A stretch of DNA of 63,910 nucleotides, filler included, from Cercozoa sp. M6MM (taxonomy: Eukaryota; Protista; Endomyxa: Ascetosporea): assembly GCA_040357565.1 (NCBI GenBank). It is 6 parts of 6 records of this genome, joined end to end, with 100 filler letters (N's around TTAATTAATTAA, not from the genome) between each part and the next. Parts side by side here need not be neighbours in the genome. Positions count along the whole stretch, not along the records: positions 33,332 to 55,716 come from JBDODJ010000184.1; 5 more parts are not named here. One strand, 5' to 3'. The notes below the pieces were generated by a model that had not been told where the DNA came from, searched no databases, and worked only from the letters and a program-made list of their open reading frames with translations. Positions 41,207-55,050 of the stretch are shown piece by piece (position 1 is the first letter of the stretch; the number at the start of each line of letters is the position of its first letter). The position numbers and the translations under genes were made by a program.

Positions 41207-44200
41207 GTATAGTAATATATATATATATATGTATAGTATGTAAATGAGTATAGGATGTGGATATATAGCCAGCTGCACCTGAGTTCCGCGCACTGCTGTT
41301 GTCTTTGGCTCGGTAAAGTTGGACCGCAGCTGTACAAATGATCAAGTGTATGTACGAGGTTTTGGACAGGTCGCGGTTGGACGACGGCACGAAACGCGAG
41401 CAGCTGCGCGTTCTCGACGACTTCTCAGCGCAGCTGCGCATGGTCCGGTAGAGTTTTACCCCTCCTCCCTGTTCACCCCTCCTGTTTACCCCCCTATTTA
41501 CCCCCTCCCGGTGCAGCGACGAGCTGGTGCTGCAGGCGCAGGCCGAGGTGATTTCGTCACTGCAGCGCCCACTGCGAAGCGACGGCGATGGACTACTGGC
41601 GACGATGGATGTGCACTTTGAGTGGGTTATTTTTAATTAAGGGTGTGCTTTCAATGTTAAAGGAGTGGCGAGATTGTTAAGGGTGTGTTAAAGGGGTTGG
41701 GGGGAAATGTTAAGGGAGTGGTATGCAAGTAGGGATATTCAACGGACCGACACGGTGCTGACACTCCTGCGACTCAGTGATCGCATCGGTTTTACCTCTT
41801 GTTTACCCCCCCCCCCCTTGCCCCTGTTTACTCCCTGTTTATCCCCCTGTTTATCCTCCTTTTACCCTCCTGTGTACCTCCTTGTTTACCCCCTTCCCCT
41901 CTTGAGTAGCTCACGGCGTGCTGGCTAACCGTGCCATTGTGGCTCGGTACGACAAGGGCGACTGGCGTCCGTCGGCCTTCCACCTGACTCTGTGCACGCG
42001 TGCACTGTACTTTACTCCCTATCTTCCCGTTTATTACTCCTATATCCCTTACCCCCCAGACATAAGGATAAGGACATCCACCCGAACGCGCGTCTGCAGT
42101 CACTCATGTTCATCGTCAAGTGGGCCGAGACAGTCGATGCAGAGATGGCACACAAGGGTGCTCCGCCCATTGCGCGCAATCCAGAGTACCTGCTGGCCGT
42201 GCTGGACATGTATACTTCCCTTTAACTCCCTCCCCACAAACCATATTTTCCCCGTTTTAGCACCCTTTTTAACAACCATTTTACTCAGGCTACACGGCAT
42301 CAATCCCGAGCACACCGAGGCGGGTCAGATCGTACCTTTAAGAACAACCTTTTCGAGGGAAGAGAGAGGGTGGAGACACACTTGTTTGTAGGTACGGCAG
42401 CTGAACTCGGTGTACCACGAGTTGATGGCGAGCGAACTCAGCGTTTCGCACAAGGCGCGTGTGGCTGCCATGGTACCTATTGGACGGTCCCATTGGACGG
42501 TCCCATTGAACAGTACATTTGGACGGTACTTATTGGACGGTACAAGTAGGCCGCGCACATCTACGCCAACTGCGGACACTTGCGACCGCTGATTCAGACG
42601 CTGACCGACCTGTCGGCCATGTATCTCAGTTGTATACCCCCCACTCTATACCTCCTTTACCCCCCATCGTAGAGGCGAAGTACCGATGCAGCAGGTGTGC
42701 GACGCGTTTTTGCTGCTGCACCGGCGTGAGCGACTGCGCGACGTGTCGCCTTTCGATGTGTGTTTTAACCCCCCCCCCCCCCCCGCCCACCCTTCCCCCC
42801 CCCCCCGTATCGGACAGGTGTCGGCGGAGGAGCGGCAGCAGTACGCACGCGACTTGTGGAAACTCGCGAGCAAGCACCTGCCGAGTGCGCACTGTGCGTT
42901 TCTCTTGTTGTTGTTGTTTTTTCTTGGTGTCATTGTTGTTTTTGTTGTTTTGTTTTTTGTTTTGTTTTTGTTGTTTTTGCTTTGTCTTTTTGTTGTTTTG
43001 TTGTTTTTGTGTTGCCGTTTTTGTTTTGTTGTTCTGGTGTTGTTTTTGCTGTTTTTTTTTTGTTGTTTTGTTTTGTTTTGTTTGTTTTGTTGTTGTTTTG
43101 TTTATTTTGTTGTTGTTTGTTTGTGTTGTTTTTTTTTGTGACTGACGAAGTGTTCATGTAGTCGATCTGTCAGAAGAGGAGCTGCTGGCGCACGCGCTCA
43201 ACTTCAAGCCACACCTGGTGCCGTGAAACTGGGGGGGGTTAAAGGGGGGTAAAGTAAACCGACACTGTGCAGAACGACGAACACATCGCGTTCCTCGCCA
43301 AGGCCGCCGAGAAACTGGTGCTTTCTTGAGTGGTTAAGGGGGCTAAGGGGGTTAAGGGGGTAAGAGTCTCACTGTTGCAGAGCAAGCCGGCGTTCGCGCA
43401 GCTGTGTTCGCAGACGCGTTCGTTGTCGACCGAGAAGCAGCAGCGCTTCCTGGGTGCGTCCCTGCCGCCGCTATCTCTTCCTCCCCCACCCCCTACCCCC
43501 ACCCCCTACCCCTTACCCCTACCCCCTTTATCCCCATCCCCTGCAGAAACGGCGCGCCGCGTGTTCGAGGACGCCTCGATCGACGTGAATCGAGTGGAGT
43601 CGCACCGTCAGATCGACGACGCTGACGGTGACACTGACGGTTTCAGTGTCACTGACGGTGACACTGACGCTGACTCTGACGATGATACCACCGTCGAGAT
43701 CAGTTTCGACTCGGACGAAACCGTCAGCTGGAGCGACACGATTCGCTCCTTCTTCCGCGACCTGGTGGAAGGTACCTGTGCCTGCTTTGAATGTTCCTGG
43801 CTACTTTAAATCTATTCCTATTGCTACTTTAAGTGTGCGTTTCCGAAGATACTTTGGTCTGTTTTTGTTAAGGGAGCAACGAGAACGATTCCATGCTGCG
43901 TGACATTGTACGCTAGAGTTTATTTGGACGTTTACTTGGAAGCGATTCTTTTTGAGGGGCGGTGTTTTTTTGAGGAGGCGATGTTAGTTAATTAAAGGAG
44001 CGGTGTGTTTTTAGATCGACGACTTGAAGGAGGTGCCTGATATGACGTCGCATGAGCAGGTCCTCCCCTCCATACCTTTATTTACTCCCATCCCCTACCC
44101 CTTCTCGCGATATACAGGCGATTCGCAAGATGCGCAAGCAGTTTGAACAAGCCGCCATGTGCATGGCTTCCATTATGGTACTTTCTTAGCCCCCTTTTAC

Positions 44201-47200
44201 CCCTTAACCCCCCCCCCCCCTGGTTAGGCCGACGCCAACAGTTCGAAACTGAAACAAACGCAGCGCGAGAGACTGCACGAGGCGCTCGGCGCGCCCCCGT
44301 AACCATGTTTTGGAGTGTGCCAACAACACAGGGTTCCATACTGTCGCTGTAGGGCTCAGCTTGATGAAGAAAAAACTGACGAGGAACGCGTACGCCCCTT
44401 TAAATAATCAACTTTGTTGTTGTTTTTTACAAAGCGTAGGCTGAGGATGCGCGCAAGGCGATGTCAAAGGTTGAATTGACACTCGAGTTTCAGGTTCGTT
44501 TTTGTTTTGTCGCTCTTGGCACTTAGTCCCTACGCGCTCTATTTGTGTGTTTACAGAGGGAGGTGTGCAAAGAGGTCTGCGACATTGTGCTTCATCGCCG
44601 CCGTTTACTTCTAGAACGCAACAGTAATCTTTGCCTTATAGTCTCTAATTCTATCAACCCCTCTCCGCATTTAGAACGATGCGATGCTAAGCAACTTTTT
44701 GAGACCGATGTGGTGCACGCCAAGTACCAAATCTTTGAACAGCGTGACTTTCAAAATGTTGACGTGTGTGTATGGTGACACGCTGCAGCCGACTGAGACA
44801 GCGTGCCAACAAGCGAATTCGACGCGATCAAACGGCGCCGTCGCTTGTGACAGTGTGTTAAATTTTGATCCATTTTCTTGGCTGTTTATATTTTCGCTTG
44901 CGTGTTAGCTCCAAAATAACGGTCGTCATGAGGTTTCATTGGTTGCTGTGCGGTCCTGGGGTTGTTATCTCTTGCCTTTGGTGTGTTCAAAGCCCGATAC
45001 GGCCGTGTACGACGATGCGCTGATGCATGCTGATCACTCGCGCCAGTACTCCGAGCACGCTTCGGAGAGACACCTTTCTGTGCTGGATGCCGACTCTGAT
45101 CGTGCAGAGGTAGTTTGCTTACTTTTGCGCAACTGCACTTGCAACAGCGAAGTGTGCTGTAAACAGCTGGCCATGACGGAGAAGGCCTTGCATACAATCG
45201 TTGGCCGACGTCGTGAACGAGATTTCTTGGTACCAGGGATCGCTTAATATGTTCTCGTGTTGAGTGTTTCAACAATGTGTGTATGCACAGGTGGCTGGTG
45301 CACCGAGCAACGAACAACTTCTCGTGAGTCAGAGTTTTGCTGTTTGTCTTATCATTTCGTCACTACGGATGTTGTATTCGTCACAGAAACTGGAGGCTGA
45401 GTGGATCTTAAAGAAACTGCAGTCACGTGATGGCGGTATTCTGTGCTCTAATCAAACTCAGACTTTTTTGCAGTTTTGCTTTATTTTGTGTACTTTCGTG
45501 CTTAGATCTGTTCGAGTGGTGTGCCTCGCTGCACTTGTACACGGAAGCTCGACATTTCTTTAATGCACTCGTATCATGCATTCTGGAGATTTATTGTTTC
45601 GGGGTTTGTGGTATTTTGGTATTTTGCAGGTGACGCGAGGAGAAACGCCGGCGCCGCGTCATTTCGCAGCGCTTGCGACTGCGCTGTTCGAGGACACGCG
45701 TCTGTCGGACCAGCAGAAGGTTGGGTTTTTTGTGCGTGCTTGTTTTGGCAAGGGCTGAATGAGTTTTGGTTATTTGTGGTATTTGTGTGTTTCAGTGTAC
45801 GGAGGCTCTGGCGATGCAGCACCAGTTGCACTCATTCGTGTCGCGGAGAATGCTGGCCTACCATCTGCCTGTGATAGTGGGTCTGTCTCGAGTCCTGGTA
45901 GAGAGCTCTATATGTGTTGAGTGTCTTCTGTGTTAATTAAGGGTGCGACACAATGTGCAGGCCGTGTTGCCGTACCGCAAGGTTCGCGAACGCATGGCGC
46001 TGCTGTCGCGCGACCAGTCAGTGTCCGACGACGATGTTGTGCGTTTATACTCCCCTCTTTGCCCCCTCTTTGCCCCCTCTTTGCCCCTCTTTGCCCCCTC
46101 TTTGCCCCTCTTTGCCCCCTCTTTACCCGTTGCCCCTTGCTCCTTACTCCTGACCTCTGCCCCTTCCCGTAGGCCAAGCCGTTGCAGCAGTTCCGCGAAA
46201 ATGCGCAGCCGCGCGTGCGGACATTGCTGGCGTACTTTACCCCCCCCCCCCCCCCACCACTTTGTCCCCTTTTTCCTCCCCTACCCTCTCCACATCTTTA
46301 CCTTCGTTTTACCCACCTCCTTGATTCCCCGGTGTAGTGCGCTGGGGGAGATGTATGAGTGCGATGTGGTCACTTTGGTCCGGTATGCGCTGTGTCCGCG
46401 TGGACGAGAGAATACGGGAAAGTGACTGGTGTTTTCGAGACAGGGTACACGCGGAGAATCGTCAGGCGGCGCAGTCGGTTCTCGGCGTTTTGCTGCACGC
46501 CGCCGCGTTGCTTGGCAGGTGTGTTTACCCCGCCCACCCCTTCCCCTTACCCCCTGTACCCCTGGGCCCCCCCCCCCCCCCTCCCTCCCGTAGCGATGAC
46601 ATGGCGCAGCAGGTACTGCCGAAATTCGATGCGAAGCGACTGCCGATTACGGCGGTATTTTACCCCTTTACCCCGTACCCCTATCTTACCCACCCTACCC
46701 ACCTCAGGGCGCACTGGCCGCCATTGCGGATGCGGCTGCGAACGATGATTCGTTGTCGCGAGATGTATGCATTTACCTCCCCCCGCCCCCCCCCTTCTAC
46801 CCTCTACCCTCCCCATAGATGAGACAAGCACGTGTGCGACAAGTGCTCAATCTCGTGTCTGTACACGGTAGAGAGATTTATCCCCATACCCTCCCTACCC
46901 AGTACTTCCCACTTTACCCCCCCCCCCCCCTCGCCGCGCAGGAGTGGAGGACAGCGCGGCCGTGTGGAACGCGTTGTTGCGTTTGTGTCTGTCGCACGCG
47001 CCACCAGACCGCGAGCGAGCCTGGCAAATTTACGAGACTGCGCTGGGTCCGCATATGCGAGATGAGGAGGTATGCTTCTCCCCTCCCCTCCCTGCCTCCC
47101 CATATACCCCTCCCCGGTTGCGCAGACCTTTGACGTGATGCTGCTGCTACTCCAAGAGAGCAACGCCTCGGCAGAGGAAGTCGCGCGCGTCGTCAAAGAT

Positions 47201-47346
47201 CTCCGTACGCTACGCGACGCGCTCGGACACCGTACGGCCTGTCTCTCCTTGCTTGATATGTTACCGTGCACTCACTGTTCGGCTCTCTCTGTGCAGCGCT
47301 CAGTCCGCACTTTGAGCGATTGCTGCAGGCGCACGCACCCGAGTAA
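40459..47346 (+). CDS. Large alpha-helical PPR-like protein, probably mitochondrial; more than 40 short exons
   Basis: Presequence-like MQRSHRALARLRLPQ|RALLS. PPR-like segments DYLGALAAMRKMVAAGRQ|PAAPEFRALLLSLAR and AVWNALLRLC...RAWQIYE...|TFDVMLLLL. Ends ...AHAPE* TAA. Confidence 0.6.
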
Positions 47347-47812
47347 ACCCAACGGAACTGCGCTATCGATCAGCTTTTTCTAAATCCCGGCGGTCAATCG
47401 TACCTTGTTAGTTCTGGCAATCAGCATTGCTGTTGATGTCGTAAGGTACGATGGATTGACCTCGATTGTGAGTTTGAAGTTTGAAGTTTGAAGTTTGAGC
47501 TTACTAGTTGATGTCGTATCCCTGACACCAGTCCAGTGTGCGCAATTTGCACACCACCAACGGAGCCATTAACGTAAGCTCAAACTTCAAACTTCCAAAT
47601 TTTAACACAACTGAGGTCATGTTCCGCGCGGAGGACTTGGTTCGACGACATGTGAGAGAATCGTCGATCGACCAGCAATACAGCTATTTAAGTAGCACGC
47701 CGGCTCTAATTATGCACCGGCAAAGACTTTACGTCAGCGGATCGCTTTCTGATTAATTGGCACGTAAACTTACGCGACGATGGCACACAATATTGCAATT
47801 GCCGGTTCTGGT

Positions 47813-50800
47813 CTACACCGACATTTCGGCGTTATTGCGCTTTCTGATGACGTGTTCATGTCGCCTAAGTCTTTTGCTGCCAGCACTGCTTGCACTAGTC
47901 ATTGGAACCGCCCACCTATGTATACAAATTCATAGGTCCCCCTCCCCCAGATAAAAGCAAGTCAGTACCACGGACGTCGCAACTCGGCAAGTCGTTGGCG
48001 CAGTCGCAGCACACGGTAGTGTCGCACACCGCAGCACACGCAGCACGCAAACAGTGTCACAAATGGTACCGTGGCCAGTAAGAGCTGCCATATCTGATAA
48101 AACAGCAGCAGCTACCGGCATACAAAGACACCGAGAGACAAGTGCATCAGGGTACAAGTGGCACATGGTGCGAGCGATAGTAATGTTTGTTGAAGAACTC
48201 TTTTAACGGAACTCTCTCATGTGCCTGGTTGTTTTATCTTATCCCCAGTATTGAATAAGATGCCAGTAATGTGACTCAGTAGTACCAAGAGACGGTGCTG
48301 CATCCAACGAAGCACAATTCGCACCTTCTCATCGTACTCAATGGGCTCCAAAGAAACGCCGGCTTGACTGACGACACTCCAATGCGTCTGTGCCGTGTTG
48401 AGGTCGGTCCCATCTGATGTGCGAAGCGCGTGAGCCCAGGGAAGATCGCGACCCTGCGAGAGCCACTGCACCACGTCGCACACTTGCTCGATACAACTGT
48501 CGCTAAAGAATCAACATGGCATCTTTTTGATTTTAGCGAAACTGCTCGCATGTCAAAAGTACGTGGCAGAACTGTCGTCAAAGCAAGAGGAATCGCTTAG
48601 TGCGGCCACACGACCGGGGACGCTGTTGGTGTCCAGCAAGGCGTACACCTCCAAAAGAACAAAGTGCATTAAAGGACTTGAATTGGGCTTGCAAGCCCCT
48701 GACTCAGTGGACGCTAGGCTACCTGGTCAACGTTGACTCGGTCGGTGAACGAGTGCGCCAGTGCCTCCACAAGGTCCAGCAGTGCCAACACTGGTCGCTC
48801 TTTCTGGTACTGCGGTTGTTTGGAATGCGAACGTCGCACGTCTTCTGCCGTAACTCGGAGCAGGTGCCTGTCTCGTACAAGAGCAACAATGTGAGGCTGC
48901 TAGATGTCACGAAAGTACCGTACCTGTCACTGTAGAGCACGAGTGCTTGGCTCGGAAACCGAGAGATTGGAGCAAAACTGTGCAGTTTGAGTTGCCACTC
49001 AGACACCTGCAAAGCACACGCACGCGTTTTGAATATGTTAAACTTAAAACCAAGGCCGAAGGAAAACAGCACAAACCTCGCCATCAAAGGCACTGGCTTC
49101 GAAAGCGAGTGCGAACACTTCAAGAACTTGGTTTAACGACGCCGTGTTGGCACCAGTCACTCCGAACTTTCCTGATATTCAAGGGTCTAATTGGATAAAG
49201 AAACTAGTACTGTAGAGAAATCTGTAAAAATACGCAGTGAGCCACTCCGTTCGTCATAGAAACGCAGAGACGACTCCAGCAAACTCGCATCGTCCCAATC
49301 AGCGACTGCACGCTCAAACAAGTCTCGGATTACCGGACAGCGAATGTTGAATCAAGCCTACCCGCGAGCAAGGAGAGTCCGTCACGGAGTATTGCCAACT
49401 GGAGTGCCTGCTCAAAGCACGCAAGTCAGAGGACGACAGTTGCTATGAAGCACCCTCCCACCTCCGTTTCATGCGGTGTCAAAGGTGCCTCCGCATCGGC
49501 CAGCACGAGCACTCCCGCGTGTCGCAACGAGTCTGTAGCAATCGCTGTCTGCAGTGTGTGCACGTACATGCCCTGCTCAAACACAGAACTGCAACTGGAA
49601 GAAGACGTCACCAATTGACACAGAGGAGAGGCACCCGTCGTCGCAAGGCAACGAATAGTCCCCTCCAGTTCGTGTAGATATGGTCGCCGTGACTGAGTGT
49701 AGGCTCGGATGGAGAGTGTGAGACATTCTGGAGGTGAGACAGGTGATAGTTGGAAGAGGACACCTTTCCAGTGGGTCTTGACCAGTGTGTGCCGAAGCGA
49801 AGCGAGACAGCTCGTCACATGGCGCCACGACCTGAGGAAAGAGCAGTTGATGCCACGCGTCGACGAGCACCTGCAACACGCCACTACCAATAGCTTCTAT
49901 GCCCTCTACGAAAAGCCGTGTACCATGCGAGATCTAGGTGGTGCTGGCATCGCGCGCAAGGCGATATTGATATCGGTGGACTGCACCGAAGGATTGGGTG
50001 TCAATCATTCTGCGGGTAGCGAGAGAGAGTACACTGTCCAAAGTGAAAACGCGCACGCGCAGCACAAAATCGCACACGGCCGCAACGTCTCGACGTAGCA
50101 ATAGCGACACGCCCAGCGTGCCTGTGAATGCGCGCAGTTGCGTCGAGTGAGACACGTGTACCACCAGTGCCGATGCCTGTTGGTGTAGACTTGTCTTTTG
50201 CGATCGCAAAATGGGAATGGCGTACCTCCTCCTTGTGTGCCGCTGGGCCAATTAAACTATCCCTGCGGAGCACACGGAAGAGCCATACATGCACACGAGT
50301 CTAGAGGGCTGTCTACCTAAAAACAACAACGCGGACGATGCGAGCATCCCGCCTCCTTGTGTGCATCAGTGTCACATTTAGTTGAGTGGCCGGTGCACCG
50401 TACATCAACGGTTGTGTACCTGAGGATCGATACAAGCGTACTGAAGTAGAATACGGACAGGACACATTGATAAAGGCCATACAGTAAGGCCACGAGAACC
50501 CGCAGTTTTCGGCATCGAAGGGAGCGCCTCCTGAGTCAACGTCGTAGCCTGTAAAGGGAAGATACAATTACAAATCACGAAGTGAAACAAACCTGCAAAC
50601 TCACGAAGTACCGTTATAGTGAGGCACTGTACGAGTGATCATATCCTTCATACTACTCGGACGCAAACCCGGTCGCATGTCCAACGTGTCAGGTACGGCA
50701 AACAACACGCCAGTGATCTCGTGCTTGGACGTCGTGTTTCCCGTGTCAACTTGGTACTCGTCCAGGGAGGTGTTGTACATTGATAGTAGTGCCGACACTG

Positions 50801-52898
50801 CTTTGTGTGCGTCCAAGACACCTGTGGTACCAGGGAGGGATGACTGAGGTAGAATTAGCGGGTAATTAAAATAAGGTACCTCCCATGCCAGCAGTGAACA
50901 TATCCAAGGTTGTATCCGGCAAAGGCGACATTTGCCTCAAAATGTAACGCACAAGAGCCACATTGAACGATACATCACTCTGAAACAGCAACGTTGAAGG
51001 TGGTACCAAGTGGCAAGTTAAAAGACCGTACCAGCTGTCGGTGTAGAGCGACTAAAATAGCCACGAGACCCGACACGATGGGAGTTGCCACCGACGTGCC
51101 TGCACATCCTTTCTAATTCACGAACTGTTGGACAGGTTAATGAGTACACTACCACTCAGATGTATGCACTGCTCGTAGTGCGGCACCTTGACAGAAACGC
51201 TCGGTGCCAAGACGTCAGGCTTCGCGCGTCCCATTCCTTCGAAAGCATGTTTATACCCGGCACAGATAAGGAGGATGGGTGGCTTGTTTTTGTACCATGG
51301 GGAAGTTCCCAAAGAGTCATGCCTCGACTTGGAAACTCAGGCACTGTCTGTCGACGTTTAAGTGGTATCAATAATAGTATTCCTTTCGCGACTGGGTACC
51401 TGCGGAGGTAAGGCCGCATCGTGTCCACCGACACCGATGACGCTGGGCATATCGCCCGGGTTGTTAAGACTGCCGTAAAGCGGTCCTATCATACACATAG
51501 ACCTTTTGTATGCACTCTTAAAAAGAAGAAGCATACCAGTATTGCCAATGGCAGCGACAACAACAACTTCCATGTCCGTCAATTCGGCCACCTTTTCGGT
51601 GAACAATGTGTCTCCAAAGTCGGGTCCTCCAATACTCAAGTTGATAACGTCCACTCCCATCTAGGCAAGTCGCTTATTGCAGTGGGGGCGAGAGGGCAAA
51701 GAAAGTACCTGTAAGGCTGCATTGAATGCAGCGAGGAACACAGTCGTCTTCGAGCGCATTTGCTTGTCAAAGACGCGCATGTGGATTACTGCATACACAT
51801 AATGCTTCCCGTCAGTCCCTTTGGCCAGTCCTCTCTAAATACACAACAAACACAAAACTAAGTTACCTGTGGCCAAAGGAGCAACCCCTCCCCCACATGT
51901 GCCTGTCTCTTCTTCGCCTACACGTTCGAGTATGTAGCATGTGTTTATTCCACCAACCACAAGTCCTTTACTTGGTTCTGTACCAAACACGACGCGATAG
52001 TGATCGTCACCTGCCACGAGAGCAGTGGTCGCGCTCCCATGTCCGAGCGGATCATCACAAGTGTCCTCCTCTGTTCTTGTGGACTTTATTTTAAAGAAAC
52101 AGCTTTAGGAGTTACTGTACGGTGCTTGTAGGGTACCAGTAAAGTCGATGCATGCTTTCAGCGAGCGATACCTCCATTTTCGCGTACCTTCTAAGTTTAT
52201 AGCACATACTCTACCTTGCTTTGTAAATTTTACTGTTTGAAGCAGGAGCTGTGCTTCGATCCTTGATACCAATTGCATCTGCGCGAGATGTCGCATCGAG
52301 TCCAGTGTCCAAGATTGCAACCTTGACTCCTTGACCTAAACTCAATATTTCGGCACTACAACTGCATGTTACAGCTAGAAAATACAAGAGTGTTACCCGC
52401 AAAAGCTGTCCCTTTCTGCCAAAGGTAAGACATATTGAGTCGTTTTGGAACCTCACTCAACATGCCGAAATCGTCGCCATAATCGTCGCCAAAAAGCTCT
52501 ACGCGGTGACGATACTCGTTGGAAGGTCGTGCATAAACTCTGTCGCGTGTTATGCTCCTGCGATAACGAAAAATACAAGATCAACTCAAGGCGGCGACAA
52601 CTCTGTTCCTCGAGACCCTAACTTACCTCACAAAAGGCAAGCCTGCGATCTCTGACATGGCACAATGCACAGTGGCGAAGTCAGTTAAAAGACCCACGTT
52701 GTTGTCGTGCACTGCCAAGCATGGGCGTAGCAATGCCGGTATCTTGAGATGCCAACCGTCGGCTACGAGGGGTAAAGACGAAAGGGGGGGGTGTTAACTG
52801 CTAAAAGAAAATATACGGGTGCGAAAAGCATCGAAGTGCGCCACGTAAGTAACTGCGCACGCCTCAATGACAACCAGACTGACGAGGAGCACAATCAT
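47813..52898 (-). CDS. MBTPS1: Site-1 protease (subtilisin SKI-1/S1P), multi-exon
   Basis: Signal peptide; [87 protein letters not shown]; C-terminal TM and basic tail (the stop could instead be near 47961). Confidence 0.93.
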
Positions 52899-53027
52899 AG
52901 TGGAAATATAGTGATGTGCACCAGAATCTAATTGTCGAGTTTTAATCGGCCTTTCGTGTGTGTTCGGACAGAATTTAGAAAAGACACTACCTGCTTAGTA
53001 TGCAGACGTGACTGCTCAAACATTGCC

Positions 53028-55050
53028 ATGACACGCAGTAGAGATGACAGCACAGAACTCAGCAATCGAGTTGATCATCACGGTGACAGAACACGTTCCG
53101 AGAGCGAGGTAGGCAGCAGCCACCTTCATCCAGCTACTCGTGATCGAGCTGAGCCAGAGAGCGAGCACCACAATGCTGGCATCGTACGCCGGCTGAGCGG
53201 TCTCGTGATGCCACACGAGGATGAAACCATTTCGGTACTTCTGTTCAGAGGGAAGCTTGTAAATTGATACACTCATTCTCAAAGATACCAACCCCTTGTG
53301 AGTAGCTGGATACAGTGACAGTGGCATCGCATGGTAAACCGCGCCTGACGTCGCTCATTCGGCGCGCATCAGTGTCCAACATCGACGAGGTCGTGCGCAT
53401 CGCTAAATCGTCGAAGCGCCCGCACCTGTAAACTTACTACATCCATAAGCACCGCAGCCTGATGCAATGCTGTGTGTTATCGGTAGAGTCGCCTTGGCCC
53501 GCATGCAGGGTTCCGTGCTGTCCCTAGTGATGGTCGACATCATTGTGTGGCTACTGCTCTACTACACACTCAGCATGTGGTATCGATATTCACGCCCGTC
53601 GCCTTTCTTTGTGCACTTGGTACACGCGCTAAACATACAATGGTAAATTTTACAGCTTTCTACTTTTTCATACCCCCAGGTGAGATTCGCCAGAGAGGTC
53701 GACCAAGGCTATCCTGCCGTTGAATTTATTGTCGGTTTTTTCGTTGGACTGGTCGCTAGCGCTTGGCTGCACAGTATTCGGTAAGTGTGACACTTGCATT
53801 CTGATGCCAAATCACGCACCTGGCACCTCAGATGTCGACCTGCTCCGGCACTGGAGCAGTTCGCACAGGCCGTGCGTGTACTGTTACGACCGGGTGCGCT
53901 TAGTCAAGACATTATGCGATACGCCGCACAAACCGTACAGCTACCTTACATTAAAGGCAAGAGTTTCGTTGTACCATGTTTTGTGCGCACGAAGAGTGCA
54001 CTCGCGTTGCAACTGACGTCCTCGCGCGTCAGACGGCTGCTGCCTCCTGCATCGGTATTCTTGTTGGGCACATTATTGACTACATACAGATACTCTCTCT
54101 CTCTCTCTCTCTATCTATCTCTCTCGCTCTCGTAGGATGCTCTCGTGCGCATGAACCTGCAGACTACAGCCGAGAGACGCTGTGTTGAACAAGCAGCTGT
54201 GCAGACACGCAGCGTGCCTTGGTAAGCAAGACGCAAAGGTTTGGTGCAACCAACTCTTGATCTCGGCGACTTTGTTCTTGTAGGTGGCTGCCGTTGGCCT
54301 GGTTGGAACAAGCACTGAGTGCTCACGATGCAAGTAAACACGGAAGGCAACGTGAGGCGTGGAAGGAAGCCCGTGGTACCGGCACTCACTCCTCCCCCAT
54401 GAACGTACTCTTACACCACTGACGTTCAGATTCCTTGTTGGACATGACGGGTGCTTTGCGCGAGTCATTGCGCTCGCTGATTGAAGAGCAGCTCATTGGC
54501 CCGCCTCGTGCTTTGTAATTTACCGCCCTCTGACTTTGCCATTTCAGGCGACGGTGAGTTTCTTTTGTTTGTTAGAGTCCAAACTGTCGTGTTTGCCGTG
54601 TACCTCCGTTTCCTCGTCAAGGTGATTTCAAAGCAGTCCCACCCCGACTTCAGGTAGCGTTAGTGTCTGTTGTTTCTCTTGGTAAAACGAGGCAGAGGAT
54701 GTTCAGAGACCCGACCAACCCCCATGCACCCACGGAAAAGGGCCTAGCCATGCCGTTCTTTGTGATCATCGATCTCATTGTGCAACTCGGCTGGCTTAAA
54801 GTGAGCGCCCTCATGTTGTCGCCTTTTTCGCGACTCAACACGAGCTTTCCTGTGGAGCGATCGCTGTTGCAGCAGCTACTTCGCGTCAGCTATATTCGGA
54901 AACTTCGGGTACAGAGTTCTGGGTTCCCTATGAACTGTGAAGGCAAGTGGTGCAGAAGATTGTTCTTGTTTGCGACGATAGAAACCAGCCTCACCGGCCA
55001 GTGGCCGAATGAAAGACGCAGCTAAGCACTGGATGCAATTTCGAGGCTGA
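53028..55050 (+). CDS. Bestrophin family anion channel, divergent
   Basis: LARMQGSVLSLV, EFIVGFFVGLV...W, IMRY, VPW and MPFFVIIDLIVQLGWLKVSALMLSPF match the bestrophin motifs (RWxGS, FxLGFyV, GWLKVAE.L.NPF). Confidence 0.8.

Noticed and set aside
42895-43161. Hydrophobic F/V/L/C-rich ORFs
   Set aside because: Low-complexity TTG-rich intron
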